Shown: positions 61,553 to 64,000 of the stretch, piece after piece | How positions within the stretch are numbered: the first letter of the stretch is position 1 | How the letters are laid out: each line of letters begins with the position of its first letter | Assembly (NCBI GenBank): GCA_003427395.1 | Contig: BFEA01000014.1 | Span: 1,407,446-1,471,445 of the forward strand | DNA: 64,000 nt | Direction: 5' to 3' | From: Chara braunii | Lineage: Eukaryota; Plantae; Charophyceae | Position numbers and translations under genes: made by a program | Notes under the pieces: generated by a model | Told to the model about the DNA's origin: nothing | Seen by the model: the letters and a program-made list of their open reading frames with translations, nothing else | Databases searched by the model: none

Positions 61553-62296
61553 TGTCACATAACTCTCATTTAACTGTCCCTAAACCGTCGTTAAGTGTCT
61601 GATTTTGAGCATGGAAGTACACACTCGAAGGATAGTGTGGATTCCATCTGGTCGAGCCTTGTTCTCCCCCCCCATGTCCCAGCCTTGAGTGGGACTTAGT
61701 GGGAATCAGCGTGATGGCGTGGCATGGTAAAGAGCTACAGCAGTATGCGTTGATATCTCGTCCGAGCAGCTGGTATCGTACGGCTACGTTTCTTCCTGGA
61801 AACGTTCCCGGGTCTGCTAAGCTGCAGGCTAGAACCCCATCTTGCAGACTTGTAGTGTGCGATTCGTTGTCTTCCGTTTACCTCCATCTCCAAGATCCTC
61901 TCTTGACACTTGTAATGCCGAAGGAGCTTGCCCGCAGGGGTCTGCAATCCCCTCTTCTCTCTTTGATTACCCAACTTACCCTCCTACGAGTCCTACCCAA
62001 TTAGATTTCTGCTGTCATTTGACGCCCTCCGCGCAGTGACGATTCCTACTTTATCGCGTTCGCCGGTCGATCTAATTCCCGCTGTGCCTCTCAGAGACTT
62101 CTGAGGAAGTGATACGTGTTCAATACCCAGGTGTAGGGACGCAAGTCCAACTGTCCATCTATCTGTGAAGCCTCCTGAGAGTTCATGCGCGTTTTGTACT
62201 CAGGCGTAGAGACACGAGTCGTTCATGACTCCCTGGCCGGCAAAGGAAAGCAGAATGGATGGTAGGCCATGCGGTGGAGTGAAGTTTAGCATGACA
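61553..62296 (-). mobile_element. Possible LTR remnant (TGTCA...TGACA)
   Basis: 5-bp inverted ends, and a purine run GAGGGAGG precedes TG on the minus strand. No matching TSD. Confidence 0.3.
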
Positions 62297-62574
62297 CCTC
62301 CCTCAACAGGGGGGGGGGATAACACAGGAGTAGATGAAGAGAGGAGTACAGATTGGAAATGAAGGAAAAAAAAAGGAAACAGGAATCGAAATGGACACAG
62401 CTTGTGTGTCCGTCGGTGCTCCTGAAGTTTTGGTTGGTCTGTTCATTCTGTTCCACTTTATGTAGCATATGTATTTTATGGTGAATCTCAGTCGTAGATT
62501 CTTCCATCCTCTTTCGCCTGCCCTCTTGTCTCCCCCCGTTCGTGGCCACCTTCATCAAACAGTAATTCCAACAA

Positions 62575-62643
62575 TTCATCCATCCGTCTACCCATCCGCC
62601 CATCTATCCGTCCATCCATCCGCCCATCTATCCGTTCATCCAT

Positions 62644-62677
<34 letters not shown>

Positions 62678-63040
62678 GTCCATCCGCCCATCTATCCGTC
62701 CATCCATCCATCCATCTGCCCATCTCTCTGTCCATCCATCCGCCGATCTGTCCATCCATCCGGCCATCCCTCCATCCACCCATCTCTCTGTCCATCCATC
62801 CGCCCATCTATCCGTCCATCCATCCATCTGTCGATGATCTGTCCGTCCATCTGTCCATGTGTCCGTCCGTCCATCCATCCCGCCAATCAATCCAATCAAT
62901 CCAATCAATCCATCATTGTTTCCATCTTCCACCATCCATCTGTCCATCTGTGCGTCTGATCTGTTGATAATCTTTCCATCCATCTGTCCGTCATTCATCG
63001 TTCCATCTCTGTGTCCATCTGTCAGTCCATTCATCCACTT
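62575..63040. repeat. Degenerate (ATCC)n microsatellite
   Basis: CCATCCAT/CCGTCCAT runs; a complementary (GGAT)n tract occurs at ~49720-49900. Confidence 0.95.
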
Positions 63041-63937
63041 TTCTGTTTGTCGACGTATGCATGCATCTGTTCACTGATGCGAGCATGAGCTTTTATCTAT
63101 TTGCACACCCATCCATTTTCTTGCCAGCTGTCACGATCTGGCAACCTCGCAACATACCAGGACTGTAGATCAAGACTTACCTTGATTGCAAATGTTTCTA
63201 CCTTCAGCAACATCGAGAAGATGAAAGCGTAATTTGCTAATTTGTTGGTAGATGGTTTTACTTGGAGGAGTACAGGAGGCGAAAAAGTGCTTTCCTAGTG
63301 AACGGTTTTGATTTGAAGAATTGCGTAGCAAAGTAGTCTTCAGTCTTCAGCAACCCCATTTGGGGGGGTATCGTTGCGAGCGAAAAAAAAAAAAGAAGAA
63401 TTGAAAAGAAAGGGCTGTGTGTTTGTCTCTTCCTTCTTGTCATGCTGAGGCAAGCACACAATGATGGTGCGGTTTTCATTGCAGAGTCTTGTTGTTGATG
63501 TGTCGGGCAAGGTATATTCTGTAATAAAGTTAAATAAAGATTTGTATTTTATTATAATTTATAATTGATTTCTTCTCAGTGCCTTTTCTTTTTTTTTCTT
63601 TTTTTTTTCTTCAGTGCCTTCGTCGTGGTGCTGCTCTTGAATAATTTACCAATTATCAACTTTTGCGATCAGATGGATGAGAAGTGATTTTGTCTGTTTG
63701 ACATCTGCAGAAGCTAGCAGTCTGTGATCCAGTCTGATTGCCAGCATGTCAGTGTGTCGGTCAGCCATCATGCATGACATGCAAAAGTAACACATACTTG
63801 TTTTGTTATCTGGGCTGCACAGAGACAGGTTTATGGTTGCTTTCTTGGCCTCCCCCGCCCACTTCTTCTGAGAATTTTGATCCTTCCAATTTCCTGCCCT
63901 TCAATAGCTTTCATGGAATGTTTCTGGAAAAGACAGG

Positions 63938-64000
<63 letters not shown>

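Overview
Eukaryotic, repeat-rich nuclear DNA with assembly gaps (35978-36426, 40949-41903, 55848-56487). It is most likely from a streptophyte; a charophyte alga such as Chara is my inference from the gene and TE protein styles, not a database result. Only two intact host genes are visible, both single-exon CDSs on + near the right end: ATG10 (53287-54138) and organellar GatA (58931-61072). The rest is a nested transposon landscape. It includes a decayed ~13-kb rolling-circle (Helitron/Helentron-type) element, a processed RPL11 pseudogene split by a probable solo LTR, a decayed L1 LINE carrying several DNA-transposon insertions, an internally deleted PIF/Harbinger element, several MITE families, mini/microsatellites and a Nextera mate-pair adapter artefact. 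The most interesting system is the rolling-circle element. It has a RepHel ORF with an N-terminal ubiquitin-tail-like RLTGG motif, followed in a shifted frame by a Ulp1-like (clan CE) protease. After that come two diverged paralogues of an unrecognised ~270-aa protein (possible OB-fold ssDNA binders), each with a splice acceptor 3 nt before its ATG. A ~423-bp tandem array follows, and the whole unit lies between microsatellite-linked direct repeats.
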